Part shown: positions 14,476-29,165 of the stretch, in pieces
How the letters are laid out: the number at the start of each line of letters is the position of its first letter
How positions within the stretch are numbered: the first letter of the stretch is position 1
NCBI GenBank assembly: GCA_951406725.2
Contig: OX597815.1
Coordinates: 19,344,001-19,408,000 of the forward strand
Direction: 5' to 3'
Source of the DNA: Octopus vulgaris
Taxonomy: Eukaryota
Length of the DNA: 64,000 bases
Program-made: the position numbers and the translations under genes
Notes under the pieces: generated by a model
Seen by the model: the letters and a program-made list of their open reading frames with translations, nothing else
Told to the model about the DNA's origin: nothing
Databases searched by the model: none

Positions 14476-15773
14476 GTAACTCCTTTAAACTTTTCCTCTT
14501 AAGATCTTTTCAACACCTGCTCTGATCTCAGGGTTTTGTGGAAAGTGTATGTTGTGTTTCCATCCTATAAACACATACTGTGTCTAGAGGAAGTTTGTGG
14601 CTGCCCCCGAACAACGTAAAGTATTTTCTTCTCTCAATAAATGCGTGTTTACATTCTAAGAGTAAACAATAATCTCAAGTTCGTGTTTCTCTTATCTTGA
14701 ACAGTGCTGTCCGTTCTGCTATCGACTACAATTTCCACTTATAGCTACAACATGTTTGTGCCAACAAAATTCGGTGGTGAAAGAAATGAAGACGGCACAA
14801 TCTCATATCGTTTTCCACTCTTGAATCATTGGCATGTTTACTGTTAGAAACCAGTACGTGGAGACATAAAGAGCTATGATAAATGCGATCATTATAGATT
14901 ATTTTCCTTATTCCCTACACAATGTCAATGTCGTCTTCACTCACTGTATTTCCAAATTATTTTCTTCATATGCTTCAGGTGTGTATTTCTGTGCGTATAT
15001 ATAAATGTATTGCTGTTTTTTTTTCTGACTATGCATGTTTTCATTGCCTATATGGATTTTTATGATGTGCGTAAGCATGGATATATAATATGCTCAGTAT
15101 TGTGTAGATCTCTGAGCTGTTCTTCAATCGTTTTTACTATATATTCCCTTAATTGGGAAGAAGAAAAAAAATAGATATCCTTATAGAAACCACGCGCTTT
15201 CAGATTACTTTGTGCAAAGGAATGCTAACGGCTTAATGAAAACATGGCGTGTTTTCCTTTTATATTATTTAGACATATAAGAAATCATCATTTGTGCATA
15301 TAAATTTTAAAAAAAACAACAAGTAATACCATTAAACATCGCCCACCTGCAGGCTCGCGACAAGTGAATGCCATTGCTTATCTACGTCTTTGGACTTTTA
15401 TTACAGTCGCTCAAATCAGTATGTCTTGCGAGTAAACAGACATATTCTTGGTTTTGCTTACTGCTGACAAACAATAAAATACAACCTCGAGGAAAATATA
15501 TTGCTTATAATTCCAGTATGCCATAATCAGAATTATTGTTGCGATCACTAAATATTTAGTGATCATTTATATAAACAAAATGTGGAGCATACAATTTATA
15601 TATATATTATATATTTAGAGCATTCATCTATTATTTATATTGACGTTTGTATAGATAAGGGAATTATTAAAATTCCATACACAAAATTTATGTCATCATA
15701 TTGTCTGGCTCCTTAATTTTCAAGTTTCGTTAGCGCAAACAATTGAGGTTAATCTGTATATGTAAAAGGCAGG

Positions 15774-15830
<57 letters not shown>

Positions 15831-16199
15831 CATGTGTGTGTGTGTGTTTGGGCTTACGTGAATGTAATTTATGCACGTCCGCAAGTTAGCACGCAATGTC
15901 GCTCCAACTTTAGGAGGACATTCGTTATGATCATTGCTGTATTTTTGTCAACTTATTTTCCCCAGAGGCACCAACGAATAGCAGTAAAAATAAGTTTTCA
16001 ACCAAAACTTTTAATAATTTTCAAGTCGAATTTTCATTCTAGTGATGAGTAAGTGTTTGTTAAGGATTTTGTTGGGTTTTTTCCATCGAAGAAAAAAGTG
16101 CTTTCTTAATATACGGGCAACACACACACACACACAAACACTAACATGTATGCCTACAAAAAACATGTATGCAATAGGTGTACGTGCGTGTATGCATGT

Positions 16200-16238
<39 letters not shown>

Positions 16239-16426
16239 TGTGTGTGTGTGCGTCTGTTACCCATATATATATATATATATATAAACCAATTTCAACGGAT
16301 TTCGTCCAAATTTAACCTTGATGTTATTAAGTTTGGTTTAGAATAAAGGACTTGATTAGCTTAATAATCCTAACTTAATCCCGGCCAGCCGGGTTATACC
16401 GCCTGTATAAATGTAAAACGTAAACC

Positions 16427-16502
<76 letters not shown>

Positions 16503-16654
16503 TTCAACGATATCATTTGTTTATACGTCTTCAGAATGGTTAATATCATTCGTCCGCATTGTGTCAGAGAGCTGAACAACAATCAGTTTTCTCGTCACAA
16601 CATTAAACGACGCAAAAGATATTGAACATATGCGTTGCAGCTATCAATCTTCAT

Positions 16655-16695
<41 letters not shown>

Positions 16696-16752
16696 AATAT
16701 ATATATATATATATATATATGCGCGCGCGTCTGTGTGTGTGTATGCATAATA

Positions 16753-16788
<36 letters not shown>

Positions 16789-16954
16789 TTGTGTGTATAT
16801 ATATGTATATATATATATATATATGTGTGTATATATGTATATATATGTATGTATCTATGTATGTATATGTATATGTCAATATATATGCGTATATATATAT
16901 ATATATATGTATAGATATACATACATATACATATATATGCATATTTGCACATAT

Positions 16955-16993
<39 letters not shown>

Positions 16994-17679
16994 CACACAT
17001 ACATACATACATACACACACACATATATACATACATACATACATACATACATACACACCGATATACATACATACACACACACGCGTGCGCATATATGTGT
17101 GTGTGCATGTCTCTGCACGTGCTGCTTTGTTCACACCTCGACGTAAATATATCGTCAGTTCAGAATATGCAAGTGGACTTGATTTTAGCTGACAACCCAT
17201 TACTCACTGTTTCTAAATATTTTTCCAACCTGTTAGACGATCTTGATCTTATTCTCTCACCTGTTTGTCAAATAATCAGTGAAATCTCCGACACGGAAGT
17301 CCATCTTCCACTTCACTGCTTGTTATAGCTCTACAATTATACTTATGTCATGTTCAAAGTTCTTTATGGCTGTGTGAAGTTGTCAAGAAGTTTTCGTTGC
17401 TGTGTGAGATATGAAACAAATCCAATGTGTTGAATTCAACGCATTCAACAGCGGCTCTTCCACCCCTCAAGCGAACACCACCTATTGACAAACTCTACTG
17501 GAAAGATTATTATTATTATTATTATTGCTGTCAACACGGTTTCTGTCACTGTTTTACGTATGTGTGTTTGTGTGTGTGCACGTGCTTATTTCAGAGAAAT
17601 TTAGAGACATAGATTGGCTACTCAAACATAGGTATATATGTTACACATACACGCACACACACACACACACACAGACACA

Positions 17680-17740
<61 letters not shown>

Positions 17741-18121
17741 GTATATATGAGCATATGTGTGTGTGTATTGGCAAAAGTCCCAGTTATTCGCCCAGAGCCT
17801 ATGTCTGGGATTATAGTTATGATAGCAAGACACATATATACATACGCATTCACGCACAGGAGGTGAGGCATACACTCACACACACAGATAAAGCTATAAT
17901 TATTTATATATATATGCATGAGCGCGTGTGTGTGCACGCTTGCGTGCGTGTATGTATGCATATTTGCATACGTTAATTCGTTGCTATGTTTTAGAAGGGA
18001 CATCGACTGTTCGATGTACTCTGTGTCAATACGAAACGATTACGGCTGGAACACATTTTATCCTGAATCCATAGGGCCAGACAAAGGCTAAGCACCAACA
18101 TCAACAAAAGCAGTAGCAACA

Positions 18122-18480
18122 CCCAGTAGTTAGGGCAGCGGACTCGCGGTCGGAGGATCGCAGTTTCGATTCCCAGAGCGGGCGTTGTGTGTGTTTATTG
18201 AGCGAAAACACCTAAAAAAGCTCCACGAGGCTCCGGCAGGGGTTGGTGGTGACCCCTGTGGTACTCTTTCGCCCTAACTTTCTCTCACTCTTTCTTCCTG
18301 CTTCTTGTCCCCGACTCCCTACGCAAACGCTGAGCCTGGATGCGCATTCATCCATCCGTCAATGCTCTCGGTGTCGGTGGGGGGTTGACCTGCTTTCTCT
18401 TCTGCGCGTCTTACGAATAGCAAAGGACCACTTTCGGACTTCTCCCATCTTGTGAGCTCTGGGACGAAGACCGTTCGCTC
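18122..18480 (+). mobile_element. SINE family C (tail type 2), slightly 5'-truncated
   Basis: First ~175 bp match 6032-6200, then an unrelated 3' half ending in (CAA/CAG)n; degenerate TSD caacatcaaca..cagtagca on both sides. Confidence 0.85.
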
Positions 18481-18980
18481 AACAGCAACATCAACAGCAA
18501 CAGTAGCAGCAACAATGACAACGCTTTTAATTTACAAAAATGGATGTGAGGTTAATGAAATAAAATAAGCGAAGGCTTTCCAATATTTAAAATCTTCACA
18601 CGCCTTTGGATTGCTTGCTAATGCAGGTGAGAACACTTTAGAAAATGTCTCTGACATTCTCTATATTGCCAAAGCTGTCGTTTTAGTTAGATGGAACCCT
18701 AGTAGACTTATACATGTATTAATAATGAGAGAGCACTTTGAGCGAAGACTCTTACTTCATCTTCTGGGAGGACTACAAAAAAAGCCAGTAATCTATTAAA
18801 AATGAAATAACTGTTGTGAATTTTCTTTTTCACAGCATGAATGGGTTGTGCTGCTTTATTTTCCTTCTTTTGTGGGTTTTCCTTTTTTAAAAAAGAAATG
18901 CTGTATTATATTTTGTACATTTTGCATCACTAAATATAAAGTACAAAAGCTTTATCTCTGTATGGCGTAAATGTTTTAAA

Positions 18981-19396
18981 GGCGGCGAGCTGGCAGAATC
19001 GTTAGCACGCCAGGCGAAATGCTTAGCGGTATTTCGTCTGCTGCTACGTTCTGAGTTCAAATTCCGCCGAGGTCGACTTTGCCTTTCATCCTTTTGGGGT
19101 CGATAAATTAAGTACCAGTTACGCACTGGGGTCGATGTAATCGACTTAATACTTATGTCTGTCCTTGTTTGTCTCCTCTGTGTTTAGCCCCTTGTGGGCA
19201 GTAAAGAAATAGGTATTTCGTCTGCTGCTACGTTCTGAGTTCAAATTCCGCCGAGGTCGACTTCGCCTTTCATCCTTTCGGGGTCGATTAAATAAGTACC
19301 AGTTACGCACTGGGATCGATGTAATAGACTTAATCCGTTTGTCTGTCCTTGTTTGTCCTCTCTGTGTTTAGCCCCTTGTGGGCAGTAAAGAAATAG
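18981..19396 (+). mobile_element. SINE family A with two 184-bp units
   Basis: Unit starts ggtatttcg at 19028 and 19212; B box gagttcaaattcc in each unit; TSD gtaaatgttttaaa (18967-18980) / gtaattgttttaaa (19397-19410). Confidence 0.92.
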
Positions 19397-19444
19397 GTAA
19401 TTGTTTTAAATGCGTACATGCACAAATATATGTGCTAGCATATG

Positions 19445-19478
<34 letters not shown>

Positions 19479-21159
19479 TACTCTGGATAGCATAGAGCGA
19501 AAGTTCACTCAAATGACTTATATGAAATTTTTCGCAATATGTGTGACAGAGTGTAGCCTCCGGCCCACAAGCGTGTTGGCTTTTCTGTCGGCTTTTACCG
19601 CACTTGATATAATGGCCTATGTTCCTCGGAGTTGGCTAGCCTGCTGCCTCCTCCACTCAAGTACTACCGACTCACTCTTATCATGTTCTTGACACTACAT
19701 CGAAGAGGCCAGAGAACAGAAGAAAGAAGAAGAAAGAAGACATGCACCCAGCACCAGAGCTGAAGACACCTCCGAAAGGGGGGAGGAACCGCCACGTCAA
19801 AACGGTAGAGGAGTAGGGGCCGAAACCGGACGTGATTCCTCCTGATGATGTCTTGAGCTAACTGGATCCTATAAAGGAACTGTTGTGGTAGCAGACCACG
19901 AAACACGGTTGTAATTCCCCTTCCTGCAACATGGGGAGATATACCGAAAACAAGTAGCGACCAAAGGGTACATGGTACTAATTGTAACGGCTATGGTCTA
20001 TGTGTGAATGCATGTCTGTGCGCGCGCGCGTATGTGTGTGTGTGAGTGTATGTGTGTGTGTGAGTGCGCACGCACACACACACACACGTACAGTCGGTTG
20101 ATTCCTGCCTTTCGTGTCGTTTCCATGGTAATTATTAGGTGTAACACTTATTTGGTGATGTATCACCAGATTTCTATAGTGCTTTGTTCGTCAGAAAATT
20201 AAGATAGGATATAGATCAAATTAGTTTAACTCCAAGCATCGTGAATTAATGATTCCTTGGGTACTCCGGTACTTTCTTAATCATTAAATCATGTTTAAGT
20301 AAATATTATCCATTCAATTAAAATAACCTGTACGTCTCATAATATTAATTTCCCTTAAGTACTTATAATTACTCAGAAGTCATTATGTACTCATAATGTA
20401 AACTATATTATGTTATATTTACACTACTTTCAGGAAAAAAGGGTTTCGTAAAACATGCTCAGGTTTTAATTAACACGCCGAAAGTTTCCCATTATTAATT
20501 AAATAAGCTGGAAAATTCAGCTTCGTAAACTAATTAGACGAAGTACGTATTATTTATCATTTACGTTCACTTTGCTCATCAATCTTTGATCAATTGTTAT
20601 TGATAAACTAAGTTAAGATAGTTCCGTTTGATATTTTTCCATTCACCATTTTAAATGTTCATCTAGTTGCCATCTAAATTATAGATTAATGGATCAATTA
20701 GCATTTCAGACAGTGATTGGTTGATGAGCCTCATACAGTGGAAGCAAGCGTCCTGTCAGCCGAGACCACAATTTCGCTTTAATTTCTGGCTGTAGTCATT
20801 TCACATTGTTGCACGGATTTGTCTTGCGCTCGTCCTAACCGTGTTCCACCCTTCAAATGCTGCACAAAACACTTTGCTTTGCAGTTTTAAGTTATTAGCA
20901 TTTTCCCTAACTAGAAAACAGTTTGCGTAAATTCAAGCTGAACTTTCAAAGCATCGCCCTCACTAGCCTTAGATTGAATACAAAAGACTTAATGGTGTTC
21001 TGTTCTCCCTAATTGATAAAATTAGCTTCGTTAATTCTTTTATGGTACCTACGACAAGTATCTTCTACTACTGACTTGAAACGGTCCACATTTTGTAAGT
21101 ATATTTGTTGATGTGTGGTAGATTGGAGTGTCCCTGCGTGTGCATTTCTGGACTTATCT

Positions 21160-21305
21160 CACTCCGATTGACAACCGGCGTTGGCTCGTTCAGGATCTTG
21201 TAACAATGAAGCTCAGCAATGACAGACTTAAATAAAATGACTAAAATCGACTAAACCCTTCAAGGCGCGACAGTAGACTAATGACCGAAGCAAGTAAAAA
21301 AGAAA
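21160..21305 (+). mobile_element. decayed 3' half of family B SINE
   Basis: ttgacaaccggcgttgg...cgactaaacccttcaaggcg...aatgaccgaagcaagtaaaa. Confidence 0.55.
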
Positions 21306-21369
21306 AGGGATAGAAACTAAATGGATATATGTATGTAGATATACACACACACATACATATATAACAATG

Positions 21370-21558
21370 ATTTCAAATTTTGGCTCTAGGCCAGCAATTG
21401 TTCGTTAAGTTGATTACATCGACCCTAGTGTTCAACTGGCACTAATTTTATACACCCCGAAGGGATGTAAGACAAAGTCCACCACAGCAGACTTTGAACT
21501 AAGAACATAAAGCTAAGTATTTTCCTCGAAGTGATAACGATTCTGCCAGCTCGCCGCC
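21370..21558 (-). mobile_element. diverged family A SINE, single unit, alternative tail
   Basis: Ends ...aacgattctgccagctcgccgcc (reverse complement of the head); contains gattacatcgaccctagtg and cccgaagggatg. Confidence 0.75.
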
Positions 21559-22055
21559 TTATATCTTTATATTATATGAACTAATCTTGGTTGGTTAATT
21601 TTTCCAGTTTCACTTTCCGTCGAGGAAAAGAGAGTAAAAAAGAGATGCAGAGAGCGGGAATTAACATAAGGGATAAAAGATAGGTATGCATACTAGGTTT
21701 CGTAGCAGAAGGAGAGCAAGGAGTAAATGACAGTGAAATTAAAGGGGAATTCATACAAATTAGAAGTTCGTTTTATTAAATTATATTTCAGGATAACATT
21801 TTTTTGTTGTTTCTTGAACATTAGTATTGACCATTTTCTACAAAGACCAAGAAATTTGGAACAAATTAACTTATAATAATTATTGTACGCATACACTTCA
21901 ATATGTCGAAGTATTCGCAGAGCAGCGTGGGATGGAGTGTCTTGCTGAAGCGCCATGATTGGAAACGGCTCAGTTCACGATCTGAAACTTCGATGTAGTG
22001 ATTGTGAGTACACCACGCCTAATCACTAGGCTATGGTCCCTCAAAAACACCTACA

Positions 22056-22097
<42 letters not shown>

Positions 22098-22154
22098 TGT
22101 GTGTGTGTGTCCAATCATACATACATACATACATATATACATATGTACATGCTT

Positions 22155-22189
<35 letters not shown>

Positions 22190-22470
22190 CATGTGTGTAT
22201 ATATATATAATATAAATAATATATAAATATATGCATATATACATACATATATGTACATACCTACTTCTATATGTATATACACATGCATATATAGGTACAG
22301 GACATCAAAAAAAGTTGAACACTATAAGAAACGAAAACATAAAAACAAAAACATAGAAACGAACTCCTTTTTCAAACAACGAAAATAAAGAGTACAAGAT
22401 ATACAACACAATGAATTTTTCCCTTCTCCAGTTGTCCCTGTTTCGTCTACTCCGCATTTATACACATATT

Positions 22471-22575
<105 letters not shown>

Positions 22576-23142
22576 TCATACGTATATACATACATACATA
22601 CATATTTAAACATTTTCTACACAAGTTAGGGTCAGGGAGTATTATACAGATCATAGGCTACGGACTGGATAACACAAAGTTATGAACTCTATATTATAAA
22701 ATGATTCGCTTTAACTCTCTCATTACTGATATTCTCTGCATTAGTTGTCACCTATTGCAGACTACGAGTCTGTTTACACAAGTACCAGTTAAGTAGTGAA
22801 GTCGATTTAATCAACCGTGAACACCTACTGAAATCGATACGGGAGACATGTTAACATTATTTATATTCTTCAGTGAGTTTCTGTACATGTGTATATGTAT
22901 GCGTGTGTATGTGAGTGAGTATGGTTGAGTATATTAAAGCTACAATCACATGTTGATCAATGGACTTTCGAATAGACAGGTTCAGAGACTCTGTTAATAA
23001 TGTTGCCACTCACATATACACTCTCTTCACTCTCCCTCTCCCTATGTCTCTCTCGCTATCTCTATTTATCTATCGCCTTTCTCTCTCTTTCTCTCTCTCT
23101 ATCTATTCAACTGCCTATGTATGTATTTATGCATCTATCTAT

Positions 23143-23216
<74 letters not shown>

Positions 23217-23406
23217 GTCTGTCTGTCTGTCTATCTGTCTATCTAGCTTGATTTATATCTCTCTCTTTCCCTCTATATCTCTAGTGTCTCACAGACACGA
23301 ACAAATGCAGGCGCTACTAAATTAGATATGGCGTAGGCAAATTTTTGGCCGAAACATATCTAATCTTATACGTACAAACATATTGTATACATATACATAC
23401 GTACGT

Positions 23407-23439
<33 letters not shown>

Positions 23440-24227
23440 CATATACATACATGCATATAAACATATATATCTATATATGTCTCTCTCTATATATATATAT
23501 ATAAATACACACACACATATATATTCATACATATATACATGTATATATGTGTGGGGGGTTATGGGTTTGCATGTATATGCACATATGTGTATATATCTAA
23601 ATGTATATGCATTTTATGCACATATGTCTGCGAATATATATATTGTTATATATATACATAATAGAGGAATTCCCCTCTGCTTCTCGCAATGAAGGATAGA
23701 AGATCACTAGAGACCCCAATCCAATATCTATCGACCTTATTTCCATTATTAGCTCTATTGTAGGTTTAGCTAGATTGCAGATTTACACCTGGGAAAAATA
23801 CTAGGTATTACGCAGACCTCAAAATACCTTAGTTATCATTCCTGTAGAGCTGGCGGTTTGCATGCATTATTATTCTTAAGGAATACAAAATAGCGGATAT
23901 AATACATTTATACACTAATGCAGGGATTAGTGTATCATTACAGGGATTTTGTAATGCAGTCGGTTCTATTCTCTATTATTACGTTATTTAACTTCATATT
24001 CATTGAAGTAACTTTACGCCTCACATATGGGTGATTTTAATGGAAACTGTGCATTCGCATGTTTCGTTTCGAAAAGTCATACTTACCTAACCTCCGAAGT
24101 TAGTTATGGCTCGAACACTACGTAATAAACTGATAGAACATTATTTACAAAAGAAAAAAATATACTCGCGTGAGTGAGTGAGTGTGTGTGTGTGTGCGTG
24201 TAAATATATACATATAAACATACATGC

Positions 24228-24267
<40 letters not shown>

Positions 24268-24271
<4 letters not shown>

Positions 24272-24435
24272 TTGTTTCTCTCCTTGTTTCTTTCAGTATT
24301 CCTTTCTGTGGAAGAGCTTAGGCTCGAAACGTAAAAGACCTTTTCAATTCCTGAGCGTTATACCAATACATCTGTCTGTTTTCTACACCACCTGCCTTCG
24401 TCTTTTGTTTTTCTTTTTCGTAAATTCTCCATAAA
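24268..24435 (+). mobile_element. short PLE-type repeat carrying a minimal hammerhead (core CTGTGGA), in (TA)n
   Basis: cttt CTGTGGA a gagc ttag gctc GAAA C GTA aaag (24302-24337); downstream sequence shared with 30079-30200. Confidence 0.7.
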
Positions 24436-24592
24436 TACATACATATATATATATATATATATCTTATTTTCTAGGGATCCATATTTCGGTAATAAATTTC
24501 AATATAAATACTAAAATTTTCAAGAAAATGCTTGAAAAGTTTAACTTCGAGTCTCGTAAAATAACATAGGAAGAAGAAATTTGTATCCTGTT

Positions 24593-24676
<84 letters not shown>

Positions 24677-24681
24677 GTGTC

Positions 24682-24715
<34 letters not shown>

Positions 24716-25884
24716 CATACATACACACGCATATATATATAACCGTTTAACCAACACAATATACCACAAAAATTTCGTTTCAGATCATATTGCTAAAACG
24801 GTTTTTCATATTCATCTACATGAGATATCTTCGGTAATAATTGAAAAAAAAAATCTCCAAATGATTAAGAACGAGACATGTATGAAGGAGGAAAATTAGA
24901 ATAAATAAAAATATTGATTAAAAGAGCAATAAATTAACGCTTTCGAGGTGAATACCAACTAAAGAGAGACTTAGTTTATTGATTCTACTTTATTCAAAAT
25001 TGTTGCCTGTTGAACGAACATCTTACTGTTTACTTGTATAAAGCTTCAAGTCAACATGCTACTTTCACTTTCACATTTTCTTTTCTTTTTTTTTTGCTAC
25101 TTCCGAACATGTACACCCAGAGAATTCCTGGTCTCCAGAGAAAACAGTTTAAGAATATATATATATATACATTAAATCTATTTTCTATAAAACTATGTAA
25201 GTATTTCAGAAAGTATTCATCAGGGAAGAAGATATAGCATGTTTGATCAGCAATTAAAGCATTAGGACTTATCATTATGTTCTTGTATATGCATGATCAT
25301 CGGCGGAATGTATGTATCTATGTATGTGCGTGTATAGCAGTCAATTACAAGACGTTTTGGAGCACGATATAATTCGTATGTTATTTAGGATTTTGCAGTG
25401 TGTTATGTTACAGTGTTTCAATAATTAGAGAGATGAAAACTGCAATCCGCTGTGTATTTGCTTTGTTTGTTTGTTTTTTTTCTTTTTTTTTTTTGTAGCA
25501 TGACTAATACCCTCAGAATAACAATATAATAGCACGATAAAATATAGGTGGATGAGTTAGAGAGAGGGGGAAGAGATGAGAGTTATAGTGCAAGAGAGAA
25601 AGAGAGAGAGTTTGTTAGTTAGATAAAAACACACGAGTACAATGTGGAAGATGATAAGGATGCCAAGCCAATGAACAATACATGACGTTTGACTAGCAAA
25701 ACACGTTGGAAAAAATACTTGCATACAATGAAAATATATACGCCGAATGAAAAGAAATGGAAGGTAACCTAACGTTTCAGGTAACACTGTTTGGAGAAAA
25801 TTGGAACGATATAAATTTACTAACCATAAAGACCAAATAAAATGCAATCAAAATTTTAGTTTCACGTTCAGGGAAATAGAAATG

Positions 25885-25920
25885 TCTTAACGTTTTGGCT
25901 GTAAGTCTTTCATCAGAAAA
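25885..25920 (-). ncRNA. decayed minimal hammerhead motif
   Basis: Minus strand tttt CTGATGA aa gact tac agcc AAAA C GTT aaga; G12 appears mutated to A. Confidence 0.45.
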
Positions 25921-26204
25921 CAGAACGAGACAAGGAACACGATAAAATAAATATTGAAAGGGATAAATAAATTATAAAGAGGTGTATTGTCATATCTATT
26001 CCATTTTGAAAATGACGGAGTGAAGGGAGGTGATAAAATTTTCAATGTGACTCCGCACTACGAAACACACGCGCGCGAGCACCCGTATATTACCATAGAG
26101 ATGCACAAGTTTATAAAAAACTCAGCCACAACAAAGCAGTCAGGATTTTTTCACACTAAAAACAAAAGACCTTATATTTTCGAAGAAGTAACAATAAGTC
26201 AAAT

Positions 26205-26544
26205 AATATTACGGAAATGTACTTGCATAGGAAGTGACCTGATCTGAGATCGTGTGCTGGAACAAAAGCAATTACAGCGTGGAAGGTGTTTATAAGCCAT
26301 TTAAGAAACACAGAAAAACCGTTAGATTCACTTCAACATTTAAATGTAATTTGCTAAAATATTTTCGTCGCTTTGAGACCGCAACTTGATATTCTCTGAT
26401 GCAGCACCGAATTTTGTCAGAGAACAGGTCGCGGTCTGAAAGCGACGAAAATATTTTGGCAAATTAAGTCTAAATGCTGAAGTGAATCTAACGGTTTTTG
26501 TGTGTTTCTTAAATGGCTTATAAACACCATCCACGCTGCAATTG
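26205..26544. mobile_element. head-to-head inverted pair of the G3-C8 hammerhead repeat family
   Basis: 26265-26400 is the reverse complement of about 26415-26544; both arms match 54893-55100; the plus arm reads ttttgtca GAGAACA g gtcgc..gcgac GAAA ATATTT tggcaaa. Confidence 0.85.
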
Positions 26545-26793
26545 TCAAATAAAATTACTTTTTACAAATTGTAATCGAATTTCACTTAATTCATACCCTG
26601 CCGGCTTGAAACAGTGATAGACGCACGGACATTGACCAATCCAAATTCAGATACCAGTCAAAAGTAGGTTTGTCAAAGTTGGAACACTTTTACTAATATA
26701 TCTGCACGATCAGGATTGAAATGTGATTAAACAAGATGTATCCCATTTATATTTAGTTATCAACAGATTCATTATTACAACGAATAGCATCTG

Positions 26794-26902
<109 letters not shown>

Positions 26903-28149
26903 ATCTATCTATCTATATATATATATATATATATATATCTGTCTGCCTATCTATTTATACGTTTGTCAGTCTATCTATATGTTTATCTATCTGTCTGTCT
27001 GTTGAATAATCTATCTATCTATCTGTCTATCTGTCCGTATGCCTATCTGCATTTTTTGTATTTTATACATTGAAACTTTTTTCAACATCTGATCGTGTAC
27101 CTAACAATTGTGACGTTCTATTCGGGTTGTCATGAACAGAAAAGGTTAAAAATTACTTTTATGAAGTGTCCAAAGTTTCGTCATTCATTTTTGTAAATGG
27201 TAACTGACACGATTCAATCATGAACTACAACCAAGCTTCAGTATACTTTTCAATATTATTTACTCCAGGACTATATATTTCTACCTTTTTCACTGTTGTG
27301 ACTTCAATTTGATGTATTAAATGCCATTTGAGGGCAGTAAACCGTATAATTTACAGAGTTTACTGATATTTCTTTCCCTTTTACTTTCAAACATCATCAA
27401 GGTCATCACAGCCGAGTAGACGAGCACCTATTTGTTTGTACTGTCTGCTAAATATAGCAGCCAAATCTCTTTGGTATCACATCCTATCGTTTTAAAAAAG
27501 TAAGTGAGCAAAGCACAAGATATGCTTGTCCACGTTGCATTATGCATGTTTCATTCCTTCAATGGTTTCGAATTTAGAAAAAATCCATTTATATTTGAGG
27601 GTAGGCAGTTAGTCGATACTATCAACTTATTCACTACTTAACTGTTACCTCACTTTTATAGATTCTGGGGGAATGAAATATAATGGTAATCTTGATGGGA
27701 TAACTATGGTATTTGGGATCCTTTGAAATTAGAATAGAAAGAGCCAGAAGAAATACATCATGACATTTTATTCGACGCACTAAAGATTCTGCTAATCCAC
27801 TGCCTACAATAAAAAGCATTGGCGCCATGAGTTTCTCATTCTTCGACCATATTTAATGAATTGCTCCCTCTCTCGTTAGGGCTGTAGATGCATATTCGTG
27901 GAGAGTTGGCTGCTATTTCTCGCAGATTGAGCAACCAGGTAAATACTTCCGCGTTAGCTAACTATAAAATAACTATATGTGGACATGTTGAATTAAATTT
28001 AATTGAAACCCTCCCAAATTCTACATCCTGGGTATATCAAGTTGTCCAACAAACAAGAGCAAGTACCACTGTTTCACAATGTTGTGTTATATTCAGTAAT
28101 CATGAGCATGCTTGCCTGTGCAAGCTAATTTGGGTCCCTCAGACTCTAC

Positions 28150-28340
28150 GGAAGAGAGACTTAAGATTTCTGTAGGCAGCTGCAGGAACGCATTTGGAGT
28201 GCAGAGATCAAGATGTGATAAGTAAGACACATTGGTCATCCACTGCTTTCCAGTTTCATCCCCAGCCGCTTTGACCTGGTCCTGCTACTGGACTGAAGGT
28301 GGCCAAGACCAAGAGAATACGGTTGATGGTACGAAACTCT
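28150..28340 (-). pseudogene. decayed 3' end of a non-LTR retrotransposon ORF (RTE-like)
   Basis: Minus-strand peptide WPPSVQ*QDQVKAAGDETGKQWMTNVS resembles the RTE C-terminal GRP..RW.D.V....G..W motif; recognised by eye only. Confidence 0.35.
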
Positions 28341-29005
28341 TGTTCCCTTTAAGCAAAGTCACTGCGAAATTCAGCAGTTATCATTAAGGATGAGTAGTTG
28401 ATCCTCGTCACTCCGACGGGCGTGCGTGAATCTCGAGCAATAATGGATGAAAGCATAGAAGTGTGAGTAGTTCCCTATGCAGTTTCATGTTTCCTAAGCT
28501 TCCCCGTTGCGCAACATTTTTGAGACGTGTATTTTACAATAGCCAAGAGCATATTAAAAGGTGTGTGAATGAAAATCGAGAGCCAGGGTAGAAACCTATT
28601 GGTAAGAACATAACGTTTTATTGTGTGGTGAACTTAAATCCGAGATCCAGTTTAATACACTTCGTTATCTTAATGTCTACCGCTCTGACAATGACTTCCA
28701 CTCTTGATTCTATTAGTTCCGGATGTACAGAAATTGGTCATGGCGCTGCTCTCCTTCCTTGTTCTGACTAAGCCAGTAAATTGATGTTTATAACTACATA
28801 TAATGCAAGAATTGTTCTAATGTCCATATATTTTGGTAGAATCTCCAATTTGATGCATTACAGCGTTTGGCAAAGAAAATGATGTTAGCTTATATAAAAT
28901 GAGTTGACCAAATACATTGCGTTTTACATATAAAATATGCATCATTTTACCTCCACACATAAATACGTATACGCGCATGCATATACATAGCAGGAAGAAA
29001 GAGAG

Positions 29006-29048
<43 letters not shown>

Positions 29049-29106
29049 TGAATTGAGAGAGAGAGAGGCGGAGATAGAGAGTAAGTGGGAGAAAAAAAAG
29101 AGAGAG

Positions 29107-29165
<59 letters not shown>

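Noticed and set aside
14476-14753. Possible solo LTR (TATA-like cctataaa, aataaa, ends ctacaaca)
   Set aside because: No TG start, no TSD and no second copy in the window.
18981-19030. HDV-like ribozyme in the family A head (ggcgaaatgct resembles J4/2)
   Set aside because: Only about 12 nt lie between the putative P2 strands, leaving no room for P3, P1.1 and P4. I also saw no hammerhead core in the 184-bp unit.
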